Below are positions 16,771-25,600 of a DNA stretch of 32,000 nucleotides, piece after piece. The position numbers were made by a program, and so were the translations under genes. This DNA is from Erysipelotrichaceae bacterium. GTDB taxonomy: Bacteria; Bacillota_I; Bacilli_A; Erysipelotrichales; Erysipelotrichaceae. The stretch is from positions 300,001-332,000 of the forward strand of contig OY781039.1 of the NCBI GenBank assembly GCA_963676105.1, written 5' to 3'. Positions within the stretch are counted from its first letter, which is position 1. Every line of letters starts with the position of its first letter. The notes under the pieces were generated by a model. It saw nothing but the letters and a program-made list of their open reading frames with translations. It was not told where the DNA came from and ran no database searches.

Positions 16771-17102
16771 GTTTATTAGAAATAATCACTACCTTCTTTG
16801 GGGCTGCAATATTTCCATTTCTTTTGAAACTATTCTTTGATCGCTTTGTAGATAAATTAGGCGCAATCGGTGGCTTTGTGGCTGCTGGAGTCATTATAGG
16901 TTCAGTGTGGTTAATCAACCATGGAGTACCATTAATTATTCAAACTGGTCCTGTTTGGATGGATATGGCGTTTGCAGCTGGCAGTGGTGTACTTGTCGCA
17001 AGTGTCATTAATAATGGCTCATTCAAAAAAGCATTGCCAAATCTGTTTGTAGCATTTCTTGGAGGCTTACTTGCAGGTGGTTTTATTTCATTGATTATCT
17101 AA
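16767..17102 (+). CDS. small membrane protein, paralog B of a tandem pair
   Basis: The start is set at ATG 16767, which forms an ATGA overlap with the upstream stop. The tracked ATG at 16755 is also possible. About 111 aa, hydrophobic and paralogous to the previous ORF. Confidence 0.65.
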   Translation: MSLLEIITTFFGAAIFPFLLKLFFDRFVDKLGAIGGFVAAGVIIGSVWLINHGVPLIIQTGPVWMDMAFAAGSGVLVASVINNGSFKKALPNLFVAFLGGLLAGGFISLII

Positions 17103-17130
17103 ACAACTATAAAAAATAGTTGTTTTTTAT
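17102..17130 (+). terminator. rho-independent terminator
   Basis: Hairpin AACAACTAT-aaaaa-ATAGTTGTT followed by TTTTTATT. Confidence 0.75.
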
Positions 17131-17185
17131 TTGACAGTTAAAAATTATTGTATTAATGTATTATTGTATTAATCGCATAATACAA
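17131..17185 (+). promoter_or_regulatory. promoter plus candidate YtrA-type operator
   Basis: TTGACA (17131-17136), a 17-nt spacer, then TAATGT. The 14-bp direct repeat ATTATTGTATTAAT occurs at 17144-17157 and 17160-17173. A perfect inverted repeat TTGTATTA-n6-TAATACAA lies at 17164-17185. Confidence 0.55.
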
Positions 17186-17197
17186 GAAAGGAAAACA

Positions 17198-17575
17198 ATG
17201 GAACAATTTAATTCTACACAACCAATCTATATTCAAATTGTTGAGCGAATTAAAAAAGAAATTGCTTCAGGTGTACTAACACCTAATCAACAACTTCCAA
17301 CTGTTCGTGATCTAGCGCTTACATATCAAGTGAATCCAAATACTGTGCAACGAGCATATAGCGAACTTGAAAGAGAAGCGATTGTTAGAAGTGAGAGAAC
17401 TACTGGTCGATTTGTTAGTAGTGATGCTCAACTTATAAAAAAACTAAGGAAAGATATGTTAGAAGAAAAAATAAAAGAATTTGTACATGAACTACATCAA
17501 CTTAATGTTGATTTAGAAGAAAGTATTGAATACATCAAAGAAGTATTTAAGAAGGAGGAAGTAAATCTTGATTGA
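17198..17575 (+). CDS. GntR family transcriptional regulator, YtrA subfamily (short, no effector domain)
   Basis: The start is set to ATG 17198 (MEQFNSTQPIYIQIVERIKKEI...). The wHTH is LPTVRDLALTYQVNPNTVQRAYSELEREAIV. It is about 125 aa with a coiled C-terminal tail. Confidence 0.85.
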   Translation: MEQFNSTQPIYIQIVERIKKEIASGVLTPNQQLPTVRDLALTYQVNPNTVQRAYSELEREAIVRSERTTGRFVSSDAQLIKKLRKDMLEEKIKEFVHELHQLNVDLEESIEYIKEVFKKEEVNLD

Positions 17576-18257
17576 AATACAAAACTTAAGTAAAAATTAT
17601 GGAAAGGCACCTGCACTTTCGAATGTGTCTTTATCATTAAAAGAAGGTCAAATCATTGGTTTATTAGGACCTAATGGTTCTGGCAAGACAACCTTAATTA
17701 AAATTCTCAATGGACTACTTAGAGATTATGAAGGTGATGTAAAAATTAATGGAAATGATATTGGGGTTAAGTCAAAATCGCTTATATCATATTTACCGGA
17801 TACGATGTATTTTGCGAATTGGATGACTGGCGAAAAGGCAATTACTTTATTTAAAGATATGTATGATGATTTTGATGAAGACAAACTTCAAAATCTATTG
17901 AACAGTTTGAATATTGATGTAAAACAAACGCTTAAGACAATGTCTAAAGGTATGAAAGAGAGATTCCAACTCGCTTTAGTGATGTCACGTAATGCGAAGA
18001 TCTATATCCTAGATGAACCAATTGGTGGAGTTGATCCAGCTGCGCGTGAGTTAATTTTAAACACTATTTTAAATAATTATAATGAGGGTTCAATTGTATT
18101 AATCTCTACTCACATTATTTCAGAAATTGAAAATATCTTTGATACAGTCATCTTCTTGAAGAATGGTGAAATTAACTTAGTAGGTGAAGTTGAGGAAATA
18201 CGAAAAGAACATCAAAAATCAATTGATGAACTATTTAGAGAGGTATTCAAATGTTAA
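17568..18257 (+). CDS. ABC transporter ATP-binding protein
   Basis: TTG start 7 nt after AAGGAGGA, overlapping the GntR stop. Walker A GPNGSGKTT, signature MSKGMKERF, Walker B IYILDEPIGGVD and H-loop STHII are present. Confidence 0.88.
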   Translation: MIEIQNLSKNYGKAPALSNVSLSLKEGQIIGLLGPNGSGKTTLIKILNGLLRDYEGDVKINGNDIGVKSKSLISYLPDTMYFANWMTGEKAITLFKDMYDDFDEDKLQNLLNSLNIDVKQTLKTMSKGMKERFQLALVMSRNAKIYILDEPIGGVDPAARELILNTILNNYNEGSIVLISTHIISEIENIFDTVIFLKNGEINLVGEVEEIRKEHQKSIDELFREVFKC

Positions 18258-19063
18258 TTAAACTTATTAAACATGATATTTTATCAACTTATCGTCATAT
18301 ATTACCTGTTTATTTTGCAGGATTAATAGTAGCGATACTTGGTGGACTATCTACATTTTTCAATAATGATCGTGTTATACCATTTATTTTATTACAGATG
18401 GTGTTTGTTGGGATTGGATTAGTATTCGCAAGTATAGTTATTTGGCAACAACTATTCTATAAACGTTTATTTACAGCTGAAGCTTATCTAACGCGGACAT
18501 TTCCTGTTTCAACCCAAGAGTTATTTTTATCTAAAATGATAACTACGATGTTTTGGACATTAACAACAATTGTAGTGGCAATACTAGGTTTCTTAACGTT
18601 TGCGCTAATTGTTTCTTTCTCAACAAATGCAATACCACTCATTGAATTGTTTACTGAATATCGAGTTCAAATAATGGAATTTGTGACTGAACTAAGCAAA
18701 ATGGCAATATTAGCATTTCCACATTTCTTAGTTAGTTCTGCTTACTCAATATCCATGGTCTTATTTGCGATTGTCTTTGCGAATAGTAGTTTTGTTCCTT
18801 CTAAGTTAAAAGTTGTTGTGGGAATCGTTTTATTTATTGGGATTAACTTTGTCGTGTCAAACATCAGTAATAATATTCAAACATTTACTTGGATGAGTAC
18901 AATGATGAATACCAATACAATATCATCTACACAAATGTTTAATTTTAATTATCAAATTAATTGGTTAAATTACATACTATCATTCAGCTATGATGGAATC
19001 TTAGCTGCAGCATTATTCTTTGGATCAGTTTGGTTAAATGATCATAAACTAGAAATTATTTAA
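18251..19063 (+). CDS. ABC-associated integral membrane protein (permease component)
   Basis: 270 aa with about 6 TM segments. The start overlaps the ATPase stop. This is the third gene of a YtrA-ATPase-permease module. Confidence 0.7.
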   Translation: MLIKLIKHDILSTYRHILPVYFAGLIVAILGGLSTFFNNDRVIPFILLQMVFVGIGLVFASIVIWQQLFYKRLFTAEAYLTRTFPVSTQELFLSKMITTMFWTLTTIVVAILGFLTFALIVSFSTNAIPLIELFTEYRVQIMEFVTELSKMAILAFPHFLVSSAYSISMVLFAIVFANSSFVPSKLKVVVGIVLFIGINFVVSNISNNIQTFTWMSTMMNTNTISSTQMFNFNYQINWLNYILSFSYDGILAAALFFGSVWLNDHKLEII

Positions 19064-19081
19064 TCGTAATACAAACCTACT

Positions 19082-19116
19082 AAAACCGAAATCATATTGT
19101 GACTTCGGTTTTTTTA
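19082..19116. terminator. bidirectional rho-independent terminator
   Basis: AAAACCGAA...TTCGGTTTT stem (9 bp plus 3 inner pairs), followed by TTTTT on the plus side. It lies between convergent genes. Confidence 0.75.
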
Positions 19117-19136
19117 AATTCTATTTAGTTGTTTAA

Positions 19137-19871
19137 TTATCTACGACCATTACCACGATCTTCAGCTTGAGCACCTTGTTGCATATCTTCATTCATGTTT
19201 TGTTGACTCATATCTTCGTCTGCATGAATTAGAGTATCTTCTGTACCTGATGCGTAAGCTTCAAATGTGACTAAATGATTATCAAGTGATGCATCCATTA
19301 AGTTGGTTAATACACGCTCTACATTTGAAGGTAAATCTTGTGATAAATAACCTTCGTATAGATCTGCATTCGCAATTTCAGCTGCAATCCCAATTTCATA
19401 AGCTTCTTGTAAGCTGTCTGGGATAATAACGTTATCTTCTGATTCATCAGCTGGAACATCTAAATCATATCTTTCAAATAGATTAGCTAGTGCATCTGCA
19501 TGTTTAGTTTCTGCTTCAATAAGACTTGTGAATGGTTCTTGTACACCATATGCTGCTTCAATTGCTTCATATTCGGCACGTGCATTAAATTCATCTTCAA
19601 TTAAAACGGTAAGCATGGCTTCGAGTTCATCTGATGTAATATCATAATCATCGAGTGATAAAGTAACACCTTCACCCATTAGACCTTGCATATTGTCTGC
19701 TGAGTAGCCACGATCTTCACTTGATTGACCATAAGCCATTGATCCTAAGAGTTGTTGGTCTTCAGTGCATTCAAGTTCAGTTGTTGCATTTACGCTTGTT
19801 GCGCCAGTTAAGGCAATTCCTAGTAATAATGTTGAGGCTGTTAAGCCAGTTAATAATTTATTTGTTTTCAT
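19137..19871 (-). CDS. secreted ferritin-like DUF2202 domain protein
   Basis: The start is set to ATG 19871, after CAGGAGAAAAACAAA. The signal peptide is MKTNKLLTGLTASTLLLGIALTGATSVNA. The core EDEFNARAEYEAIEAAYG...EAETKHADALANLFERY resembles DUF2202/ferritin-like helices. Confidence 0.7.
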   Translation of the reverse strand: MKTNKLLTGLTASTLLLGIALTGATSVNATTELECTEDQQLLGSMAYGQSSEDRGYSADNMQGLMGEGVTLSLDDYDITSDELEAMLTVLIEDEFNARAEYEAIEAAYGVQEPFTSLIEAETKHADALANLFERYDLDVPADESEDNVIIPDSLQEAYEIGIAAEIANADLYEGYLSQDLPSNVERVLTNLMDASLDNHLVTFEAYASGTEDTLIHADEDMSQQNMNEDMQQGAQAEDRGNGRR

Positions 19872-19934
19872 TTTGTTTTTCTCCTGTGTAGTTTGCATGT
19901 CTTGCTTTCTACACTTCAAAGTTTAAACTTCAGC

Positions 19935-19963
19935 TGTCACAAAACTGTGACAAGGTGTATACA
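19935..19963. promoter_or_regulatory. two adjacent perfect palindromes, candidate operator(s)
   Basis: TGTCACA-aaac-TGTGACA lies at 19935-19952 and TGTATACA at 19956-19963. Both are in the divergent intergenic region between the DUF2202 gene and the HutC-like operon. Confidence 0.4.
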
Positions 19964-20049
19964 AAGTCGTAAAAAACTTGTGAGTAAACTGCAAAAGAAT
20001 ACTACTTTCGTCTACTATTATTTAATTTTATCCTTGATAAACTATAAAT

Positions 20050-20781
20050 ATGGATTATATAAAGATAAATAAAGTGTCGAAAATACCGATTTATGAACAA
20101 ATTGAGTCATCGATTGAACTCGCAATCACCAATAATGACCTAGTTCATCAGTATCAATTACCGACAGAAAAAGAAATTTCAGAGTTTTATAATATCTCAA
20201 TTGGTAGTGTAAAAAGAGCACTTATTAACTTGGAAGATAGAGATTTAATCTATCGCATAAAGGGGAAAGGCTCCTTTGTTAATAATCGACCTCAACATAC
20301 CTTTACATTGAAACAATTAAAGTTGGAAGAGTCTTGTGATTGTGATTTCTATTCAGCTTTAGTCGAAAAAAAGAAAAGTGAGAAATATGACTATGCAGTG
20401 GCTTCACAGTTTAATTGTCCTAATCTTTACCATGTTATTCGGATTTACAATGATGATGTTTTTTCACTCATTGTTGAAGAAAGTTATCTAGCAGAAAAAG
20501 CATTTAGACATATCGAATATGAATTGATTAAAGAAACACCAATGTCTGATATCATTGATCACTATTCTTTAACACAACTTAATAAACAAGTTAATACGAT
20601 GTATGCTGAAAAAGCAGATTCTAAATTAGCTAAGATTTTTTCAATCAAAGTTAATGATCCGATTTCATGCATTAATAGCACTTATTTAAATAAGAATGGT
20701 GACACTATTGCGGTAATTATCCGAAAAGTACCAAGTGAATACACCTTTATAGAAAGCGAGACAAACCATGTACCATCTTAA
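20050..20781 (+). CDS. GntR family transcriptional regulator, HutC subfamily (wHTH + UTRA)
   Basis: 243 aa. The N-terminal wHTH is IPIYEQIESSIELAI...LPTEKEISEFYNISIGSVKRALINLEDRDLIYRIKGKGSFV, followed by a C-terminal UTRA-like pattern. Confidence 0.82.
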   Translation: MDYIKINKVSKIPIYEQIESSIELAITNNDLVHQYQLPTEKEISEFYNISIGSVKRALINLEDRDLIYRIKGKGSFVNNRPQHTFTLKQLKLEESCDCDFYSALVEKKKSEKYDYAVASQFNCPNLYHVIRIYNDDVFSLIVEESYLAEKAFRHIEYELIKETPMSDIIDHYSLTQLNKQVNTMYAEKADSKLAKIFSIKVNDPISCINSTYLNKNGDTIAVIIRKVPSEYTFIESETNHVPS

Positions 20782-21499
20782 TATTGATCGACGTAAAAAA
20801 GTGGATGTACCTACACAACTTGTAGATTCTATGAAAGAATTCATTTCTTCTAAACAACAATTTGTTGACAAGAAGATGTGGGGTATTGATGAATTTGCTG
20901 AACATTATGATATCTCAATGGATCAAGCTGAGTGGGTTTATCAACAACTATTAGAAAGTAATCTGATTCATCAAGAAAAAGATGCTTATTTCATTGAAGA
21001 TTTTGAAATTCCGGTTATTTCATTTAATAAAATGAATTCAATTAAAGAACTCATTTATTTAAATAATATGAAGGTTAGTGTGAAAGACTTAAGTCATGAG
21101 ATTGTAAAATGTCCAAGTGAGTTAAGTGAAATATTTATGTCTGATACAAAATCTTTCTTAAAAGTAAATCGTTTGTATTACGGAAATAACAAACCTATGA
21201 TTCACACGGTTTATTATTATGATCTAAGTCAATTTCCAAATTTAGATAAAAAATATAAAGAGGGTGTTGAATTATCAGATGTTTTATTAAATGACTATAA
21301 TGCATCCAAAGATAGTAGTAAATTAAGATTTAAGGGAAAAATGTTAAGTAAAGAAGAAATGAAACTTTTTGAAACACAAAATCCTTTAAGTAATTATCTT
21401 GAAAGTTTTATTTATCAAGCAGATCATTCCTTATTTGAATATAGTCAAATCTGCATTTTAGCGGATACGCTTAGATATCGTATAGATTTTGATTTATAA
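20768..21499 (+). CDS. divergent HutC-like paralog (degenerate wHTH + UTRA-like domain)
   Basis: 243 aa, overlapping the upstream gene by 14 nt. The N-terminus aligns helix-for-helix with GntR wHTH (IDEFAEHYDISMDQAEWVYQQLLESNLI) but lacks the GxGxFV wing. The C-terminal part has the UTRA-like alternation, ending ...RYRIDF. Confidence 0.6.
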   Translation: MYHLNIDRRKKVDVPTQLVDSMKEFISSKQQFVDKKMWGIDEFAEHYDISMDQAEWVYQQLLESNLIHQEKDAYFIEDFEIPVISFNKMNSIKELIYLNNMKVSVKDLSHEIVKCPSELSEIFMSDTKSFLKVNRLYYGNNKPMIHTVYYYDLSQFPNLDKKYKEGVELSDVLLNDYNASKDSSKLRFKGKMLSKEEMKLFETQNPLSNYLESFIYQADHSLFEYSQICILADTLRYRIDFDL

Positions 21500-21509
21500 T
21501 AAGTCTATT

Positions 21510-22052
21510 ATGAAAAAATACTATACTTTAGAACTTGCAGGACTTAAAAGACAGCTTCCGATATTAAAATTAAATGACTCATTATCGATAGCGAGTTTTG
21601 TCATCCTTGGTGATACAGAACTCGTTATTTCTGTTGTGCCTGAACTTATCAAACTTTTACCTGAAGTTGATGTATTAGTAGCGGCAGAAGCAAAGAGTAT
21701 ACCCTTGGTTTTTGAGCTATCACGTGCATTAGGTTTAAATCGTTATGTTGTGGCTCGTAAAAGTGTTAAACCATATATGGGTGATGCGATTATTGATTCA
21801 GTTAAATCAATCACCACAAGCAATGAACAAATTTTAGCTTTGGACGAGAATGACTTAAAGTGGATAAAAGGAAAACGAGTGGGGATTATAGATGATGTGA
21901 TCAGTACGGGTGCTTCATTAGATGCGCTTGAAAGACTTGTAAAACAAGCGAAAGGTAATATTGTCGCAAAAGCGGCCATCTTAGCAGAAGGTGATGCGGC
22001 TTTACGAGATGATATTATTTTCTTAGAAAAATTACCGTTATTTAAAAACTAA
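21510..22052 (+). CDS. phosphoribosyltransferase-fold protein (purine/adenine PRT-like)
   Basis: The start is set to ATG 21510 (MKKYYTLELAG...); the tracked TTG at 21489 overlaps the previous gene. PRPP-binding loop VGIIDDVISTGASL. The layout EAKSIPLV...VVARK resembles Xpt/Apt-type PRTases. Confidence 0.75.
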   Translation: MKKYYTLELAGLKRQLPILKLNDSLSIASFVILGDTELVISVVPELIKLLPEVDVLVAAEAKSIPLVFELSRALGLNRYVVARKSVKPYMGDAIIDSVKSITTSNEQILALDENDLKWIKGKRVGIIDDVISTGASLDALERLVKQAKGNIVAKAAILAEGDAALRDDIIFLEKLPLFKN

Positions 22053-22110
22053 AAACACATAAAATTCACATGCAATTTTCACGATAATAATTTATTATAG
22101 TAAATAGGTT

Positions 22111-22137
22111 GGGGTTATTTTATAACCCCTTTATCAT
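22111..22137 (+). terminator. rho-independent terminator
   Basis: Hairpin GGGGTTAT-ttt-ATAACCCC followed by TTTATCATGTTTTA. Confidence 0.65.
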
Positions 22138-22161
22138 GTTTTATAGAAAATGAGGATAATC

Positions 22162-22629
22162 ATGAATATAGGAATCATTATTCATTCAAATACAGGTCAT
22201 ACATTAGAAGTTGCCAATGAAATTAAATATAAACTAAGAAAAGAACACGATGTAGTTGTGCTACATGTTAATAGTAAGAACGAAGAACAAAGCCAAAAAG
22301 GTCACGTTGAACTCAAAGATATCCCAGATATTGGTGGTTTTGATGTCTTGATATTTGGTGCACCTATTCACGGATTTGCCTTATCTAAGACAATGGTGAG
22401 CTATCTTAAACAGTTAGAGACTGATTCACCCAAAAAAGTATTTATTTATGTTACCCATTTCTTTCCAATGAATAGTTTAGGTGGAAGTCAAGGTATTCAA
22501 CAAATGCTTAAATATTTAAAGCATAAAAACTTTGAAATAATAAATGGTTCAATTATTCCTTGGACTTTTGGACGTAAAAAAGCAATCAAGAAATTGTTGA
22601 ATCTTATTGATTTAGAAGAAACAAAATAA
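22162..22629 (+). CDS. flavodoxin-like fold protein
   Basis: The start is set to ATG 22162, after GAGGATAATC. The N-terminal IGIIIHSNTGHT loop and the FGAPIHGF block are typical of flavodoxin-family proteins. About 155 aa. Confidence 0.65.
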   Translation: MNIGIIIHSNTGHTLEVANEIKYKLRKEHDVVVLHVNSKNEEQSQKGHVELKDIPDIGGFDVLIFGAPIHGFALSKTMVSYLKQLETDSPKKVFIYVTHFFPMNSLGGSQGIQQMLKYLKHKNFEIINGSIIPWTFGRKKAIKKLLNLIDLEETK

Positions 22630-22663
22630 AAGGTCTAAGACATCATTAGGATGTTTAGACCTT
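22630..22663. terminator. bidirectional rho-independent terminator
   Basis: AAGGTCTAAGACATC-atta-GGATGTTTAGACCTT, a stem of about 14 bp with one bulge. T-rich tracts lie on both sides, between convergent genes. Confidence 0.8.
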
Positions 22664-22669
22664 TCTTTC

Positions 22670-25600
22670 TTATTTACGTGATTCGTTAAAAACTTCTAAT
22701 TGGGCAGTTTGATAATTCATACCCGTTTTTAATTTTTCTTCAATTTTTAAATGAATCGCATGTAATTCTTTTGGATAGACTTTAACAAATGATTTTGAAT
22801 GATTAGTCCAATTTTTTAGTATGGATTTTGAGAGTTCACTATCTGTTAATTGAATGTGTTTTTCAATTCGTTGTTTGAGATAAGTTTTCTCATCAGGGGA
22901 GATATCCAATAGATCAACCATATCTGTATTTGCTTTTGTTTCTAATTCATTGTTTGGATCAAAGACATAAGCAATACCGCCAGACATACCAGCCGCAAAG
23001 TTAAAACCAAATTGTCCTAAGACAATAACCTCACCATTGGTCATATACTCACAACCATGATTACCAATACCCTCGACGATTAGTTTTGCGCCAGAGTTTC
23101 TTACCGCAAAGCGTTCGCCAGCTAAACCATTGATATAGCCTTCACCAGATGTTGCGCCAAAGAAAGCAACATTACCAATAATACTATTTTCTTCTGACTT
23201 ATAAGCCAGTTCATTAAATCGTTTAACAATAATACTTCCGCCTGATAAGCCTTTTCCACAATAATCATTGGCATACCCTTCAAGATTTAATGTAATGCCA
23301 CTAGGGATAAAAGCACCAAAACTTTGACCAGCAACACCTTTTAAATCAACGATAAAGTTGTTTTCAGGTAGTCCAACTCCGCCATAGCGTTTCGTTATTT
23401 CATGACCTAACTGGGTTCCAAAGGTACGATCAACATTTGTGATTGAAAAACTAGCTTTTTGAGATAGACCTTTTTTAATGCTTTGTTTGAAATAGGGGAT
23501 AAGAACTTTTTGATCAAGTGATTTATGTAAACCATGATTTGGTGAGATGTGTCCATATTCAGCTTGTGTATTGCTGATGAGATTGGATAAATCAATTTTA
23601 TTTCTAAAATCAACTTGTTTTAAGACTTCAGTATGACCCACCATTTCATTGATTGTTCTAAAGCCAAGCTCTGCCATAATTTCTCTGACTTCTTCGGCAA
23701 TATATAACATAAAGTTAACAACGTATTCAGGTTTACCAATATACTTTTCACGTCTTTGTGGATTTTGTGTCGCAATTCCCATAGGGCATGTATCCATGTG
23801 GCAAACTCTTGCCATGACACAACCTAAGGCAACAAGTGGGGCTGTCGCAAAACCAAATTCTTCTGCGCCCAGAAGTGCCGCAATAACGACATCACGACCA
23901 CTAATAAGTTTTCCATCAGTTTCAAGTTTAATTCTTGATCGTAAGTTGTTTAACATAAGTGTTTGATGGGTTTCAGCTAAACCTAACTCCCACGGTAAAC
24001 CCGCGTGTTGAATGGAACTAAGTGGAGATGCACCTGTACCACCATCATGTCCACTGATTAAAATGCCATCTGCACGTCCTTTCGCAACACCTGCCGCAAT
24101 CGTCCCAACACCGTTTTCAGAAACAAGTTTTACTGAAATCTTGGCAGAGTTGTTTGCGTTCTTCATATCATGAATGAGTTGCGCTAAGTCTTCGATACTA
24201 TAGATATCGTGATGTGGAGGAGGAGAGATTAAAGTTACACCTAAGGTTGAATTACGCGCTTTCGCAATCCATGGCCATACTTTCATGCCAGGTAACTGCC
24301 CACCTTCACCAGGTTTAGCACCTTGTGCCATTTTTATTTGAATCTCTTGTGCTTGTGATAAATATTCAGATGTAACACCAAAACGACCCGAAGCTATTTG
24401 TTTAATGGCTGAGTTACGAGAATCTAAACCACGATCTAAATAACGGGCTGGATCTTCCCCACCTTCACCTGTATTACTTTTCGCATGTAATCGATTCATC
24501 GCAATAGCTAAAGCTTCATGCGCTTCAGGGGAAATGGATCCATACGACATTGCACCAGTTTTGAAACGTTTAACAATTTCACGTGCTGATTCAACTTCAT
24601 CAAGTGGAACCGCAATTGTTTCATTAAAGCCTAATAAAGATCGAATATTAATTGGTCCAAAATCTGGACTATTTAACTCAGCAGTAACTTCTTTGAATTT
24701 CTCATAATCACCATTCATGACCGCTTCTTGTAGACCTTTAATGGTATCTGGGTTATAAATATGAGATTCCCCACCTTTTTTAAATCTGAAGATAGAGCCT
24801 GGATCAATACTATTATCTGATTCTGCTTTTTCAACACGTTTTACAATCGCTTGTGCAATATGATCTAAGTCAATGCCACCAATACGTGAAACCGTATTAG
24901 TAAAATAACGATCAATAACTTTTGTAGAAATTCCTAAAGCTTCAAATATTTGAGCACCTTGATAGGATTGAAGGGTAGAAATACCCATTTTTGACATAAT
25001 TTTTACTATGCCATCTAATGACGCTTTTAAATAGTTTGCTTGCGCTGTTTGAATATCTAAATCTTTTAATTGGCCATCACTTACAAATTTAGAGACTAAA
25101 TCTAAGGCAAGATATGGATAGATTGCACTTGCTCCATACCCAACAAGTAATGCAAAGTGATGCGTTTCTTTAGCTTCAGCACTTTCAACAATTAAAGATA
25201 CTCGGGTACGAGTTCCTTGTGTGGTTAAATGCTGATGAAGTCCTGATAACGCTAAAAGGGAAGGAATTGGATAGTGTGACTTGTCCCAATTACGATCTGA
25301 AAGGATAAGTAAGGTATAGCCTTCTTCTATTGCTTTGTCTGCTTGAGTAAATAGTGCTTCAAGTGCTTTTTCTAAATTAGACCCTGTATTTCCAGTAAAT
25401 GTCGCATCTAAACGTTTCGCGTTTAACCCATCTCGTTTACAATTTAGTATTTTCTTAAATTGCTCATGTGACAACATTGGACTATTTAATTTCAAACGAC
25501 GAGCATCTTCTTCTTTCGCATCTAATAAGTTACCAATTCCACCTAAGTCCATTTGTGTAGACATCATCATACGCTCTCTTAAAGCATCGATAGGTGGATT

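Noticed and set aside
20035-20052. Leaderless geometry for the first HutC-like gene
   Set aside because: The only good -10-like hexamer (TATAAA, 20043-20048) is 1 nt from the ATG, which is too close to fit the pattern seen at the other five genes.
10359-21979. Assorted 60-78-aa ORFs: 10359-10556, 12797-12979, 14884-15096, 20686-20871 and 21743-21979
   Set aside because: Each is antisense to, and fully or largely contained in, a longer well-supported gene. None has a convincing RBS.
23407-23966. Three short ORFs (68, 66 and 105 aa) inside gltB
   Set aside because: They are alternative-frame or antisense shadows of a highly conserved 1508-aa gene and have no independent start signals.
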